A stretch of DNA of 42,015 nucleotides from Acidimicrobiia bacterium (GCA_032127155.1 JAQAZV010000132.1:1-42015); one strand, 5' to 3'; numbered from the stretch's first letter, positions 19,490 through 29,400 are shown. Notes: generated by a model from the letters alone, not told the origin. Numbers and translations are program-made.

Positions 19490-19936
19490 ATGGCCATCGA
19501 CATCGAGCGCATCGCCCACCTTCGAGCGCGCTACGACCAGTGCTTCGGCTGCGGTGCAGCAAACCCGATCGGCCTCCATCTCGATGGCTTCGCCATCGAC
19601 GGTCAGGCGGTCACCGCAGTCTTCGAGCCACGACCCGAGTACGCAGGCTTCGTCAACACGCTCCACGGAGGGATCGTGGCCACCGCCCTCGATGAGGCAT
19701 CAGCATGGGCCGCAATGATCACCGAGGGAGTCCTCGTCTACACGGCGAAGCTTGACATCAGATATCGGTCCGTCGCTGCTGCATCCCACCGGTTCTCGAT
19801 GTGGGGATCGGTCATGGAACGTCGGGGACGCAGGTTGACCATCCAGGCACGCATGACCGACATCGACACGGTGGTTGCGGAGTCGACCGGTCTGTTCATC
19901 GTCGCCGACGAACACACTGCCAGCCTGGAGGCGTGA
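19490..19936 (+). CDS. PaaI-family (hotdog fold) thioesterase
   Basis: 148 aa. CFGCGAANPIGLHL and LHGGIVATALDEA motifs, typical of PaaI/YdiI-type thioesterases. Confidence 0.8.
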   Translation: MAIDIERIAHLRARYDQCFGCGAANPIGLHLDGFAIDGQAVTAVFEPRPEYAGFVNTLHGGIVATALDEASAWAAMITEGVLVYTAKLDIRYRSVAAASHRFSMWGSVMERRGRRLTIQARMTDIDTVVAESTGLFIVADEHTASLEA

Positions 19937-19948
19937 CACGAAGCGGCT

Positions 19949-20434
19949 TCACGAACCGATGATCACGATGATCAATCCGACGGCCACGTTGACCAGGCCC
20001 CCTGAGACCTGCCAGAACGCCCTGGGATTCGCCTCAGGTCGGAGACCCGCTCGCAGCCGATCCTGCGGAGAGATGCGATGCTTCCCGTTCCAAGCCTCGT
20101 CGATCTCCTCTTGGGCTTCATCTGCCCTCCGAGTTCCGAACAGGGCACCGACCGCTCCGACACCGAGATTGGTATAGCCGCCTCCCGAAGCGCCTCCCGC
20201 CAGCATCAGGACGACACCGTAGAGGATGATGGTGTATCCGATCGCTGACGAAAGGGCAACGTCCGAGATCGCCCAGATGATGAGCCCGATCACGGTGCAC
20301 GCCGCGATGCCGACGGCGAACACCATTGCATAGTCCGGAAGTCGGTCGCGAAGAGGAAGGCTGTCGTCCTTGGGCTGGGTATCGAACGCATCCATGGGTG
20401 CGATCGTAACGGTCGGCGAGATCTCGCTGCGCAT
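19949..20434 (-). CDS. Hypothetical membrane protein
   Basis: ORF with 3-4 hydrophobic segments and a Gly-rich stretch (AGGASGGGY). No motif I recognise. Start ambiguous: 20461, 20434 or 20395. Confidence 0.5.
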   Translation of the reverse strand: MRSEISPTVTIAPMDAFDTQPKDDSLPLRDRLPDYAMVFAVGIAACTVIGLIIWAISDVALSSAIGYTIILYGVVLMLAGGASGGGYTNLGVGAVGALFGTRRADEAQEEIDEAWNGKHRISPQDRLRAGLRPEANPRAFWQVSGGLVNVAVGLIIVIIGS

Positions 20435-20455
20435 CGTTCCGTAGGCTTGCGCACG

Positions 20456-21340
20456 ATGCACATCAGGAACTCTGCATACCTCTTGCTCGCGATCGCCGCG
20501 GCCCTTTTCGGGATGACGTTCGTAGCCGTCAAGGACGCCCTCGAGCTCCTGCCTCCCCTTGCATTTGTCGGGTGGCGATTCCTGGTCGGTGCGATCGTCC
20601 TCCTCGCATGGCGATTTCCCAAGGGGCGGTCGATATGGATCGATGGGGGCATCGCAGGGGCCTTGCTGTTCTGCGGCTACGCCGCCCAGACGATCGGCCT
20701 CGAATCCACGTCGGCGACGAATTCCGGGCTCGTCACCGGGCTGTATGTCGTCTTCACGCCGCTTGTGGCTGCCGGCGTCAGGCAGGTACGACCGTCCCCC
20801 TCGACCGTCGCTGGCGCGCTGGTGAGTGTGGGAGGTTTGTGGCTACTCACGAATCCGGGGGCATTGTCGCTCAGTGCCGGGGACCTCTGGACACTCCTGT
20901 GCGCCGTCGCGTTCGCTGCGCACATCGTTGCCCTGGCCTCGATGGCACCACGCCATCGAGTCGTTCCCTTCACCGCCGTCCAGCTCCTCGTGACAGCCGT
21001 GCTCGGCCTCGGGTTGTCTGCGTTGTTCGAGGGTCCCACATGGCCGACGTCTGACGTGTGGCCGACCGTGCTCGCCACGGCGCTGATCGTTACGTGTGGC
21101 GCCTTCCTGATCCAGGTGTGGGCACAATCGATCGTCGGCCCTTCGAGAACGGCGATCGTCCTCGCTCTCGAGCCACTCTTCGCCGTCATCACGGCGTGGG
21201 TGGTGCTCGCCGAACGGCTCACATCCCGAGGATGGGCCGGGGCCGCTCTGATCCTCGCAGGCACCTACGTCGTGCTCGTATTCGCTCCGCCGGAGGATGC
21301 CGACATCAGAACTGCCGAAGCACTATCCGAGGCCCACTGA
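20456..21340 (+). CDS. EamA/DMT-family transporter
   Basis: About 10 TM segments in two EamA-like halves. ATG at 20456 is preferred over the TTG at 20447. Confidence 0.85.
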   Translation: MHIRNSAYLLLAIAAALFGMTFVAVKDALELLPPLAFVGWRFLVGAIVLLAWRFPKGRSIWIDGGIAGALLFCGYAAQTIGLESTSATNSGLVTGLYVVFTPLVAAGVRQVRPSPSTVAGALVSVGGLWLLTNPGALSLSAGDLWTLLCAVAFAAHIVALASMAPRHRVVPFTAVQLLVTAVLGLGLSALFEGPTWPTSDVWPTVLATALIVTCGAFLIQVWAQSIVGPSRTAIVLALEPLFAVITAWVVLAERLTSRGWAGAALILAGTYVVLVFAPPEDADIRTAEALSEAH

Positions 21341-21595
21341 TCGTCCGTCACCATGTGTTCTCAGTATCCGTACACACAGGGCGATCCCGCCACCGATGAC
21401 CGCAAGGATCAACCCGAGGACGATCACGAGCTCCGATATCGTGTAGATGGATGTCGAGCACGTTCCGAGTCCGGTCGGGCACAGACCGAGTCCGGTCCCG
21501 CCCACCACGAGGTCGAGGAGGACCATCGCTGGAAGGGCGACGACCAGCACCCCGATTGTGATGAGCACACCGAGGGCGAAGCGCACGAAGGACAT
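21323..21595 (-). CDS. Small hypothetical two-TM membrane protein
   Basis: 90 aa from the ATG complement of 21593-21595 (an alternative ATG gives an end at 21622). Two hydrophobic helices flank GLGLCPTGLGTC. High third-position GC. No recognisable family. Confidence 0.4.
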   Translation of the reverse strand: MSFVRFALGVLITIGVLVVALPAMVLLDLVVGGTGLGLCPTGLGTCSTSIYTISELVIVLGLILAVIGGGIALCVRILRTHGDGRSVGLG

Positions 21596-21674
21596 GGACC
21601 AAGGGTACCTGTCGACAGACATTGCCGACGTACCTGACCCTGTGTACGGTGCCTCGACGAGGAGTTCCCACCCA

Positions 21675-23324
21675 GTGACAGACATCACCGCACCACCATT
21701 CCACACCGAGCCGTTCACTGAATCCGAGCGAAGGGTGCTTCAGCCGTACTTCACGAACCTTGACGGACCGGTATTCGCCATCAGGGGACTCCCTGAGGTC
21801 GTGAAGGGTGCGCTCTTTGCACGCTATAGCCGGTCGCCCAAGTCCGTACGTCGGCTCTTTCTCGACGAGTTCGCATCCGATCCTGACTCCGGAATAGCTG
21901 CAATCGCTGCAGAACCCTCCGGCGGAGGAACCGTGGGCCTCGACAGGGCCGAGGCCTTGTACGACAGGGTGTTCACCGAATACGGCGACGACTCCGTTGC
22001 CCAGCTCGGAGCGGCCCACATCGCCGTCGAGCAGTCGTCGAACATCCTCACGAAGGTCCTTGAATGGGGGCGCCTCGCCTCGTACCTCGAGCAATCGACG
22101 CGATACATCTTCTACGACCAGAAACTCGGGGGACGGTACCGATATCAGATCCCCTCGGAGATCATCCGGGCTGGTGTCGCTGAACGCTACGTCACCGAAA
22201 TGGACCAGCTGTTCGCGACCTACAGCAACGTGGTCTCGAGGCTCGTCGCCTACTACGAGACGCTCTACCCGAAGGCGGACACCGACTCGGCGTTCGTCTG
22301 GAAGTCGACGATACGGGCGAAGGCATGCGATGACGCACGGGGCCTCTTGCCAGCATCGACCCTGTCGAACGTCGGAATCTTTGCGTCTGGCCAGGCCTAC
22401 GAGGCACTTCTCCTCCGGATGGCTGCCCATCCACTCGAGGAGGTGCAATGGTTTGGTGGCGTGATGCTCGACGAACTCCGCGAGGTCATCCCTTCCTTCA
22501 TGAAGCGCGTCGACGTTCCCGAAAGGGGCGGTGCATGGGCCGACTATCTCGCCACGAACGTCACGGCCGTACGCGACATGGCGCGCGGTCTCGCTGCCAC
22601 ACCACAGACCGCGCCAACGGTGACCCTCGTGGAGTTCGATCCTGACGGCGAACGGAAGGTCGCTGCGGCGGCCCTGTACGCAGGTTCTCATCTCCCTGAC
22701 GCACAAATCAGGGACATCGTCGACCGGATGAGCGAGCGGGAGATCGACGAGGTCATCAACGCCTATGTGGGTCATCGGACGAACCGGAGGCATCGACCGG
22801 GCAGGGCGATGGAACAGACCTTCTATCGCTTCGACATCCTCTGTGACTACGGCATCTTCAGGGACCTCCAGCGACATCGCATGCTCACGCTGGAGTGGCA
22901 GGACCTTGCACCAGGGAACGGCTACATCACACCTGCAGCCGTCGCTGATGTCGGCGCAGAGGATGTGTGGCATACCGCCATGGACTCTATGGCCGACCTG
23001 TACGAGACGATCACCCAGGCAACGTCATCGACCGTTGCGCAGTACGTCGTGCCGTTTGCCTACAACGTGCGCTTCGTCATGAACCTCAATGCTCGCGAGG
23101 CATTCCACATGCTCGAGCTGAGGACCCAACAGGGAGGGCATCCTGACTACCGAAAGGTGTGCCAGCAGATGCACGACCAGATCCGGGATGTCGCGGGCCA
23201 TCGGCGCATTGCAGGGGCGATGACCTTCGTCGACCACGCGGACTATGAGCTCGCAAGGATCGAGACGGAACGAAGGGCAGCGGCAAAGAGGGCCGCCCTG
23301 GGCCTGGACGACCCCTCAGCCTGA
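21675..23324 (+). CDS. thyX: Tandem-domain ThyX-like (FAD-dependent thymidylate synthase family) protein
   Basis: ThyX signature elements: WGRLASYLEQSTRY in the N-half, RHRMLTLEW and HMLELRTQQGGHPDYRKV in the C-half. Start re-called at GTG 21675, preceded by GAGGAG at 10-nt spacing. The track ORF starts at 21447 and an ATG alternative lies at 21594. 549 aa. Confidence 0.8.
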   Translation: MTDITAPPFHTEPFTESERRVLQPYFTNLDGPVFAIRGLPEVVKGALFARYSRSPKSVRRLFLDEFASDPDSGIAAIAAEPSGGGTVGLDRAEALYDRVFTEYGDDSVAQLGAAHIAVEQSSNILTKVLEWGRLASYLEQSTRYIFYDQKLGGRYRYQIPSEIIRAGVAERYVTEMDQLFATYSNVVSRLVAYYETLYPKADTDSAFVWKSTIRAKACDDARGLLPASTLSNVGIFASGQAYEALLLRMAAHPLEEVQWFGGVMLDELREVIPSFMKRVDVPERGGAWADYLATNVTAVRDMARGLAATPQTAPTVTLVEFDPDGERKVAAAALYAGSHLPDAQIRDIVDRMSEREIDEVINAYVGHRTNRRHRPGRAMEQTFYRFDILCDYGIFRDLQRHRMLTLEWQDLAPGNGYITPAAVADVGAEDVWHTAMDSMADLYETITQATSSTVAQYVVPFAYNVRFVMNLNAREAFHMLELRTQQGGHPDYRKVCQQMHDQIRDVAGHRRIAGAMTFVDHADYELARIETERRAAAKRAALGLDDPSA

Positions 23325-23528
23325 GATCGGAATCCGAAGGACGAGTTCTCCGTCCTCGACAGACCACGAAGCGGATGCGACCAGCGAATAGTCGAGAAAG
23401 TCCTTCTCCGCGCTCTCGATGAAGATCTTCCGCGCCTGGCCCTCGAGGGGCGGAACGCCCCGTTCGCGGACCGCCGCCGCCCGATCGGCGAATCGCTTCA
23501 GGAAATCGTCCATGTCGAGCTGCGCCAC
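23316..23528 (-). CDS. Hypothetical small protein (70 aa)
   Basis: GTG start immediately preceded by AGGAGGA. Coding-like composition. No recognisable motif. The 3' end overlaps the thyX-like stop by 9 nt. Confidence 0.5.
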   Translation of the reverse strand: MAQLDMDDFLKRFADRAAAVRERGVPPLEGQARKIFIESAEKDFLDYSLVASASWSVEDGELVLRIPISG

Positions 23529-23600
23529 ACATCCTCCTGTGCTGGTTTGATCCCTTCAGCGTAGGCGACCATATCGCGGTCGGGAACTAGCCTCGGATCC

Positions 23601-24461
23601 ATGGCAGACACCGAGTTGATGTTCGTGTCGGGAAAAGGGGGGACGGGTAAGTCTGCCGTCACGGCGGCGATTGCCATTGCGGCGGCACGGCAGGGTCGCA
23701 CGGTCCTTGCCGTGGACATGGGAACCAGCCTCGGTCTCGGTGCTCACCTGCGCCATGCTGACCTTCCCTACGCTCCGACAGAGACACGACCGGGACTTTG
23801 GGCCATGTCGATGGATCGAGCCACCGCCCTCGACGAGTACATCAAACTCCAGCTCCACATGCCGCTGGGAGCGCCGACCAAGCAGTTCGCTGGTGCGCTC
23901 ACGGTGTTGGCGGACACGGCTCCGGGCGTACGGGAGATCATCAGTATCGGCAAGCCACTGTACGAGGTGTGGAAGGGTGTCTGGGATCTCGTCATCGTCG
24001 ACGGTCAGTCCCTCGGTCAGTTCCAGTCCTACCTCAGGGCTCCGGCGACGATCGCAGAACTCGTGCCAACCGGCAATGTCCGACGTCAGGCCCAGCGACT
24101 TGCCTCCACCCTCGAGGATCCCGCCATCACGACCATCACGCTTGTCACAAATCCAGCGGAGCTGCCGGTCAGGGAGACCATCGAGACCATGGAGATCCTC
24201 CGATCCGAGGGCCTCTGCCCACCGCCCGACGTCATCATGAATCGATTCCTCGAACCGAGCGGAATGTCCCTTGACGACATCGACCGCATGCCGGACGGCT
24301 CAGCGAGGGAAGCCGCCCAGATGCAGCTGGCGATGGAAGCAGGGCAGGAACGGTGGGCCAGGGAGATCGACGCTCCAGTATCACTGCCATACCTTCGCGG
24401 TGTGCTGACACCAGGAGAGGTCGCCGTGCAGCTCGCCGACGCGCTCGGCGGAAGGCCATGA
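23601..24461 (+). CDS. ArsA/Get3-like P-loop ATPase, subunit 1
   Basis: 286 aa. Deviant Walker A with signature lysine, SGKGGTGKS. ATGA overlap with the next gene. Confidence 0.85.
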   Translation: MADTELMFVSGKGGTGKSAVTAAIAIAAARQGRTVLAVDMGTSLGLGAHLRHADLPYAPTETRPGLWAMSMDRATALDEYIKLQLHMPLGAPTKQFAGALTVLADTAPGVREIISIGKPLYEVWKGVWDLVIVDGQSLGQFQSYLRAPATIAELVPTGNVRRQAQRLASTLEDPAITTITLVTNPAELPVRETIETMEILRSEGLCPPPDVIMNRFLEPSGMSLDDIDRMPDGSAREAAQMQLAMEAGQERWAREIDAPVSLPYLRGVLTPGEVAVQLADALGGRP

Positions 24462-25513
24462 CCGACACGATCATCATCACCGGAGCAGGAGGCGTCGGGA
24501 AGACCACACTCGCAGCGGCCATCGGGGTTGCTATCGCTGCAACCGGCGCCCGAACCCTCGTGTTGACGATAGATCCCGCGATGCGCCTCGCCGATGCGCT
24601 CGGTATCGAGGATCTCGGCGATGAACCGCGCCCGGTGGCGGGGGTGGCCAATCTCTCCGCGGCAATGCTCGACGTGTCGGCATCGTGGGAGGCGATCATC
24701 CACCGGTATGCCGCACCAGACGTCGGTGACCGACTCCTCGTGAACCCCTACTTCCGCGCCATCGCAGACCGCTTTCCCGCAGCGCAGTCATATGCCGCTG
24801 GCGAGCGAATGGCAGAGTTCATCGAAACCAAGCTCTACGACGTGATCGTTGTCGACACACCCCCATCCGGGGGAGGCATCGACTTCTTCCGAGCCCCCGC
24901 ACGAACCGGGGACCTGGTGTCAGGAAAGCTCCTCAAGTGGCTCACGGGCTCGCGGCTCCCAGGCCGCGGCGTGATCTACCAGCTGGCAGCGCGGCCGATG
25001 CTGCGTCTTGCTGACAGCGTGCTCGGCGGTGCCATGTTGTCCGACGTAGCAGCGTTCCTTGTCGACCTTCGTACGATGTACGACGGACTCGCCGCACGAT
25101 CGCGGACAATCGAGCGATACCTCAGGAGCGCCCACATCGTCATCGCGACGACGGCCGATCCAACTCCTCTCCACGAAACGCACCGGTTCTTCCGCGAACT
25201 CGGCGAATTCGCGATCACTCCCGACAGCATCGTGTTCAATCGCACGCTGCCATCCGAATGGATCGACGACGCGGTTCGTCCCCTGCGCGGAATCGACGAC
25301 CCCGATCTCAGGGCCCTTGCGAAGGGGAACCTTCGGACATGGGCGTCCGAAGCCCGACGCCAGGCCGACGCCATCGACGAACTCTCTGCTCGGTACACCA
25401 TCGACGTACACACGATCCGCTGGCGGACTCCTCCCCCCGAGACGCTTGCCGACCTCCGCTCACTCATCGACGCCAGTTCCCTCTTCGGATCCCTGCCGGG
25501 ACCCACCAGCTGA
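24458..25513 (+). CDS. ArsA/Get3-like P-loop ATPase, subunit 2
   Basis: Start re-called at ATG 24458 (MTDTIIITGAGGVGKTT). Also LTIDPA and VVDTPPSG motifs. 351 aa. Confidence 0.85.
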   Translation: MTDTIIITGAGGVGKTTLAAAIGVAIAATGARTLVLTIDPAMRLADALGIEDLGDEPRPVAGVANLSAAMLDVSASWEAIIHRYAAPDVGDRLLVNPYFRAIADRFPAAQSYAAGERMAEFIETKLYDVIVVDTPPSGGGIDFFRAPARTGDLVSGKLLKWLTGSRLPGRGVIYQLAARPMLRLADSVLGGAMLSDVAAFLVDLRTMYDGLAARSRTIERYLRSAHIVIATTADPTPLHETHRFFRELGEFAITPDSIVFNRTLPSEWIDDAVRPLRGIDDPDLRALAKGNLRTWASEARRQADAIDELSARYTIDVHTIRWRTPPPETLADLRSLIDASSLFGSLPGPTS

Positions 25514-25623
25514 CCAGGACGGCCATACATGCGACCCCGGGCGGCCGGCGATGAGCACCAGGGACCTCCCGAACGCAGCGCCGTCGAAGGAGACATCGCC
25601 CGACGATCGGTACCGTTGCGCGT

Positions 25624-26175
25624 GTGAAGCTCCTCAGCGAATGGTTCTACCGGCTCACCGGTTGGTCGATCGAGGGCGAACTCCCCGCCGATCCTCGATA
25701 CGTCCTCGTCGGATATCCCCACACGTCCAACTGGGACTTCTTCGTGTTCCTCGCCGTGGTCGGTCATTTCAAGATCGATGCGAAAGTCCTTGCGCACCGG
25801 GGCCTGTTCGTCTGGCCGATCGCATGGTTGCTTCGGCGTTGGGGAGCCGTGCCCGTGGAAGGTGGAGCCCGCTCTGTGATTACCACGGCAGTCAGGGTCC
25901 TCACAGCGACGGATCGTGCATGTCTGGTGATTGCCCCCGAGGGGACACGCGCAGGGGGATCTGTGTGGAAGTCGGGATTCTGGAAGATCGCTGAAGCCGC
26001 CGATGTCCCCATCGTGATGGGCTACGTCGACCGGTCGTCGAAACGGATGGGTCTCGGTCCATCGGTTCGGGTCGACGCAGATCCTGAAGCGTGGATGGAG
26101 CGAGCGCGGCTCTTCTACGCCGACAAGACCGGACTCAAGCCTCACAATCGCGGCCCGGTGGAGTTGTCCCGCTGA
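25624..26175 (+). CDS. PlsC-family (lysophospholipid) acyltransferase-like protein
   Basis: 183 aa. HX4D motif HTSNWD and APEGTR block. GTG start with no clear RBS. Confidence 0.7.
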   Translation: MKLLSEWFYRLTGWSIEGELPADPRYVLVGYPHTSNWDFFVFLAVVGHFKIDAKVLAHRGLFVWPIAWLLRRWGAVPVEGGARSVITTAVRVLTATDRACLVIAPEGTRAGGSVWKSGFWKIAEAADVPIVMGYVDRSSKRMGLGPSVRVDADPEAWMERARLFYADKTGLKPHNRGPVELSR

Positions 26176-26205
26176 CGCACCCCGGTCCCCTGGGCTTCCG
26201 ATGAG

Positions 26206-26429
26206 TCACGCTCCCGTGGAACCGTCGATCCATTCCCGCGTGATGTCGAGGTGACCAAGGTGGCGGTCGAGCTCCTGTAGCACATCGACGAGAACCCGCC
26301 CGACGCTGTTTGCCCGACCGTAGGTCATGACCGGTGTCGAACGAACTCGAGAAGCCCGAGCACCGATGCCTCGGTGGTCAGGCCACGTTCGGGGAAGTCC
26401 CTCGACCGCGGTTCCATGTCCTCCCCCAT
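26206..26429 (-). pseudogene. Probable remnant of a DinB-superfamily (DUF664 / mycothiol-transferase-like) gene: two short ATGA-linked reading frames
   Basis: Frame B (26206-26328) encodes MTYGRANSVGRVLVDVLQELDRHLGHLDITREWIDGSTGA. This resembles the C-terminal ..ARHxGHADxxRExIDG..G signature of DUF664 proteins as I recall it. Frame A (26325-26429) reads on into it after a frame shift. Both have about 75% GC at third positions. A full-length family member would be about 170 aa, and there is no room for that before the dnaE stop. Confidence 0.45.
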
Positions 26430-26463
26430 TCCGATCACACGTCTCGGGACGTCGCCCGCCGCA

Positions 26464-29400
26464 TCAGAACACGGATGATGGCCCGAACAGTTCCTGCAAT
26501 TCGGCGAAGAGCGCCGATCGCGGATCGACACGGTGTTCCTGACCGACCCTGAGGACCTTCTCACCTGCGGCGCCCTGCATGTGGATGTAGACGGGGGCAG
26601 TGCCGGGGTGGTTGTTGAGCACATCCTTGAGCTTCGCCACCACCGTGGGCGAAAGCCGCGACGCTGGAACCCGCAAACGAACACTCCGATCGGCGGAGAG
26701 GTCTGGCTCCGAAACGGATTGGGCGATGAACTTCACATCATCACCGCGATGATCCACCCGTCCCCGAACGACAACCACGGCGTCCTCCCTGATCATCGGT
26801 CCAAACTCGGCGACGGTCTTCGGGAACGCAACGGTCTCGACGCTCCCCTGGAGGTCTTCGAGGGCGAAGTAGACCATCGGATCGCCCTTCCTGGTGTATC
26901 TGCGATTCACGGAGCCGATGACACCGGCGATGGTCGCCTGGCTCCGATCCTCCTTGTCCCACAAACCAGGGATCGGTGTGTCTGTCATGGTTGCAAGAGC
27001 ACGCTCGATGCCAAGCAGAGGGTGATCCGAAACGTAGAGACCGAGCATCTCCTTCTCGAATGCGAGGCGCACCTTCTTGTCCCACTCGTGATCAGGAATA
27101 TCCTGCCCCCCGCTCGTCGCGGTGTGGGTATCGCCCCCGAAGAGGCTGTACTGGCCAGCCTCCTCCGCCCTGCGACGATCGACCGTCGCGTCGACGACGG
27201 CGTACGCAACCTCGAGCAGACCTCGGCGGGAGTACCCGAGCGAGTCGAACGCTCCAGCCTTGATCATGGATTCGATGGTCCGTTTGTTGAGAACCTGGAT
27301 GTCGACGCGATCAATGAAATCGAAGAAGTCTGTGTACATCCCATTCGCTTCGCGCTCGGCGACGATCAGATCCGTCACCGCCTCACCGACGTTGCGCACT
27401 GCCGACAGCCCGAAGATGATCTCCTTGTCGCCTGCGAGGAAGTCCCGCTCCGAGACGTTCACCCCCGGCACCAGCACGGCGATCCCCATCATTCGGCATT
27501 CGTGCAGATACGCCGCCGTCTTGTCCTTGTCCCGCTTGACCGCCGTGAGGAGCGCAGCCATGTACTCCGCTGGATGGTGCGCCTTGAGCCACGCCGTCTG
27601 GTACGCGATCAGGGCATACGCAGCCGAGTGACTCTTGTTGAAGCCGTACCCTGCGAAGTGCTCGATGAAACCGAAGAGGTCCTTGCCGAGTTGCTCGGTG
27701 TAGCCCCGGCTCACGCAGCCAGCCACAAATCGCTGCTCCTGCTCACGCATGACAGCAGGGATCTTCTTGCCCATGGCCTTGCGAAGCTCGTCTGCCTCGA
27801 CCATCGAGAAGCCTGCGATGCGTTGGGCGGTCTGCATCACCTGCTCCTGATAGGCGATGATCCCATAGGTGTCCGCGAGCACGGGTTCGAGGTCAGGGTG
27901 CGGATACTCGACGGCCGTCTTGCCATTCTTTCGGTCCGCGTACTCGAGGTGCATACCTGCGCCGAGGGGGCCAGGGCGGTACAGGGCGTTCAGCGTGATG
28001 AGGTGCTCGAATCGGTCAGGGCCGAGGTTGCGCATCAGGGCTCGCATCGGACCACCTTCGAACTGGAACACCCCGATCGAATCCCCTCGCCGCAGCATCT
28101 CGTACACCGCCTCGTCATCCAGCGGGACGTTGTCGATGTCAGGGCGGTTTCCCGTGTTCTTCTCGATCAGTTCGAGGGCTCGCTCGATGGTGGTCAGGTT
28201 CCTGAGTCCGAGGAAGTCCATCTTGAGGAGGCCGAGCGCCTCGACGCCGTGCATCTCGTACTGAGTGACGACTTCGGCGTCTTCGCCCTTTCGCTGGATC
28301 GGGACGATGTTCGTGAGCGGCTCAGGGGAGATCACCACGGCAGCGGCATGGATCGAGTCCTGACGCCTGAGCCCTTCGAGGCCTCGGGCGGTGTCGATGA
28401 TCTCTCGTGCGCCATCGAGGGAGTCCAGGAGGTCTCGGAGGCCTGACGCAGCGGCATAGTGGTCGCGCTCGGCACTCGTCGCCTCCGGTCCCGGCGGCGT
28501 GAGGCACTCATCGATCGTGGCGTCGTTGCCGAGGATCGCAGGCGGCATGGCCTTGGCGAGCTGGTCCCCGGTCGAATACGAGAAGTCGAGGACCCTCGCG
28601 GCATCCCTGATCGCCTGTTTCCCCTTGATCGTCGAGAAGGTGATGATCTGCGCGACGTGATCGGACCCGTACTTGTCGGCGCAGTACTTGATCATGTCCC
28701 CGCGATAACGCTCATCGAAGTCCATGTCGATATCCGGCATCTGCTTGCGGCCGGGATTCAGGAAGCGCTCGAAGATCAGGCCGTACTCGATGGGGTCGAG
28801 GTCTGTGATCCGAAGGCAGTACGCAACGATCGACCCTGCGGCGGACCCACGCCCCGGACCCGTCCGGATTCCCTGACGAGCCGCATGGGCGATCAGATCC
28901 CACACGATGAGGAAGTACGCCGAGAACCCCATGTCGGAAATGACGGACAGTTCGAAGTCGATCCGATCCTTCGTGTCTGCGTCGAGGTCGGGGTAACGCT
29001 CGGCCGCGCCGGCCATCACGAGGTGCCTGAGGTACGAATCCTCGTTGTATCCGTCAGGGACGGGGAACTGGGGAAGCAGGATCCGACCGAACTCGATGTC
29101 GACGTCCGCGCGCTCTGCGATCCACAACGTGTTGTCGCACGCGCCGGGGAATTCATCTGAGGGGAACAACGAACGCATCTGGCTCGCGGACTTCACGTAG
29201 AACTCGCTGCCCTGGAGCCTGAACCGGTTCTCCTCCGACTTCACCGAACCCGTTTGGATGCACAGGAGGGCGTCGTGGGCATCGGCCTCGTCCGCCCTGG
29301 TGTAGTGCGAGTCGTTGGCGGCGAGCAGAGGGGCACCGATGGATCGGCCGATCTCGAGGAGGTCGGCCATGATGCGCCGCTGAGCCGGAATCCCGTGATC

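Noticed and set aside
21348-22973. 541-aa minus-strand ORF opposite the ThyX-like gene.
   Set aside because: It is antisense to a gene with clear family motifs. It has no motifs of its own and an artefact-like composition.
24976-26145. 389-aa minus-strand ORF spanning the second ArsA-like gene and the acyltransferase.
   Set aside because: It crosses two well-supported plus-strand genes plus their intergenic gap, so it is an antisense artefact.
26533-28446. 637-aa plus-strand ORF (and 28459-29160, 29254-30087) opposite dnaE.
   Set aside because: These are antisense shadows of dnaE and show the same compositional artefact.
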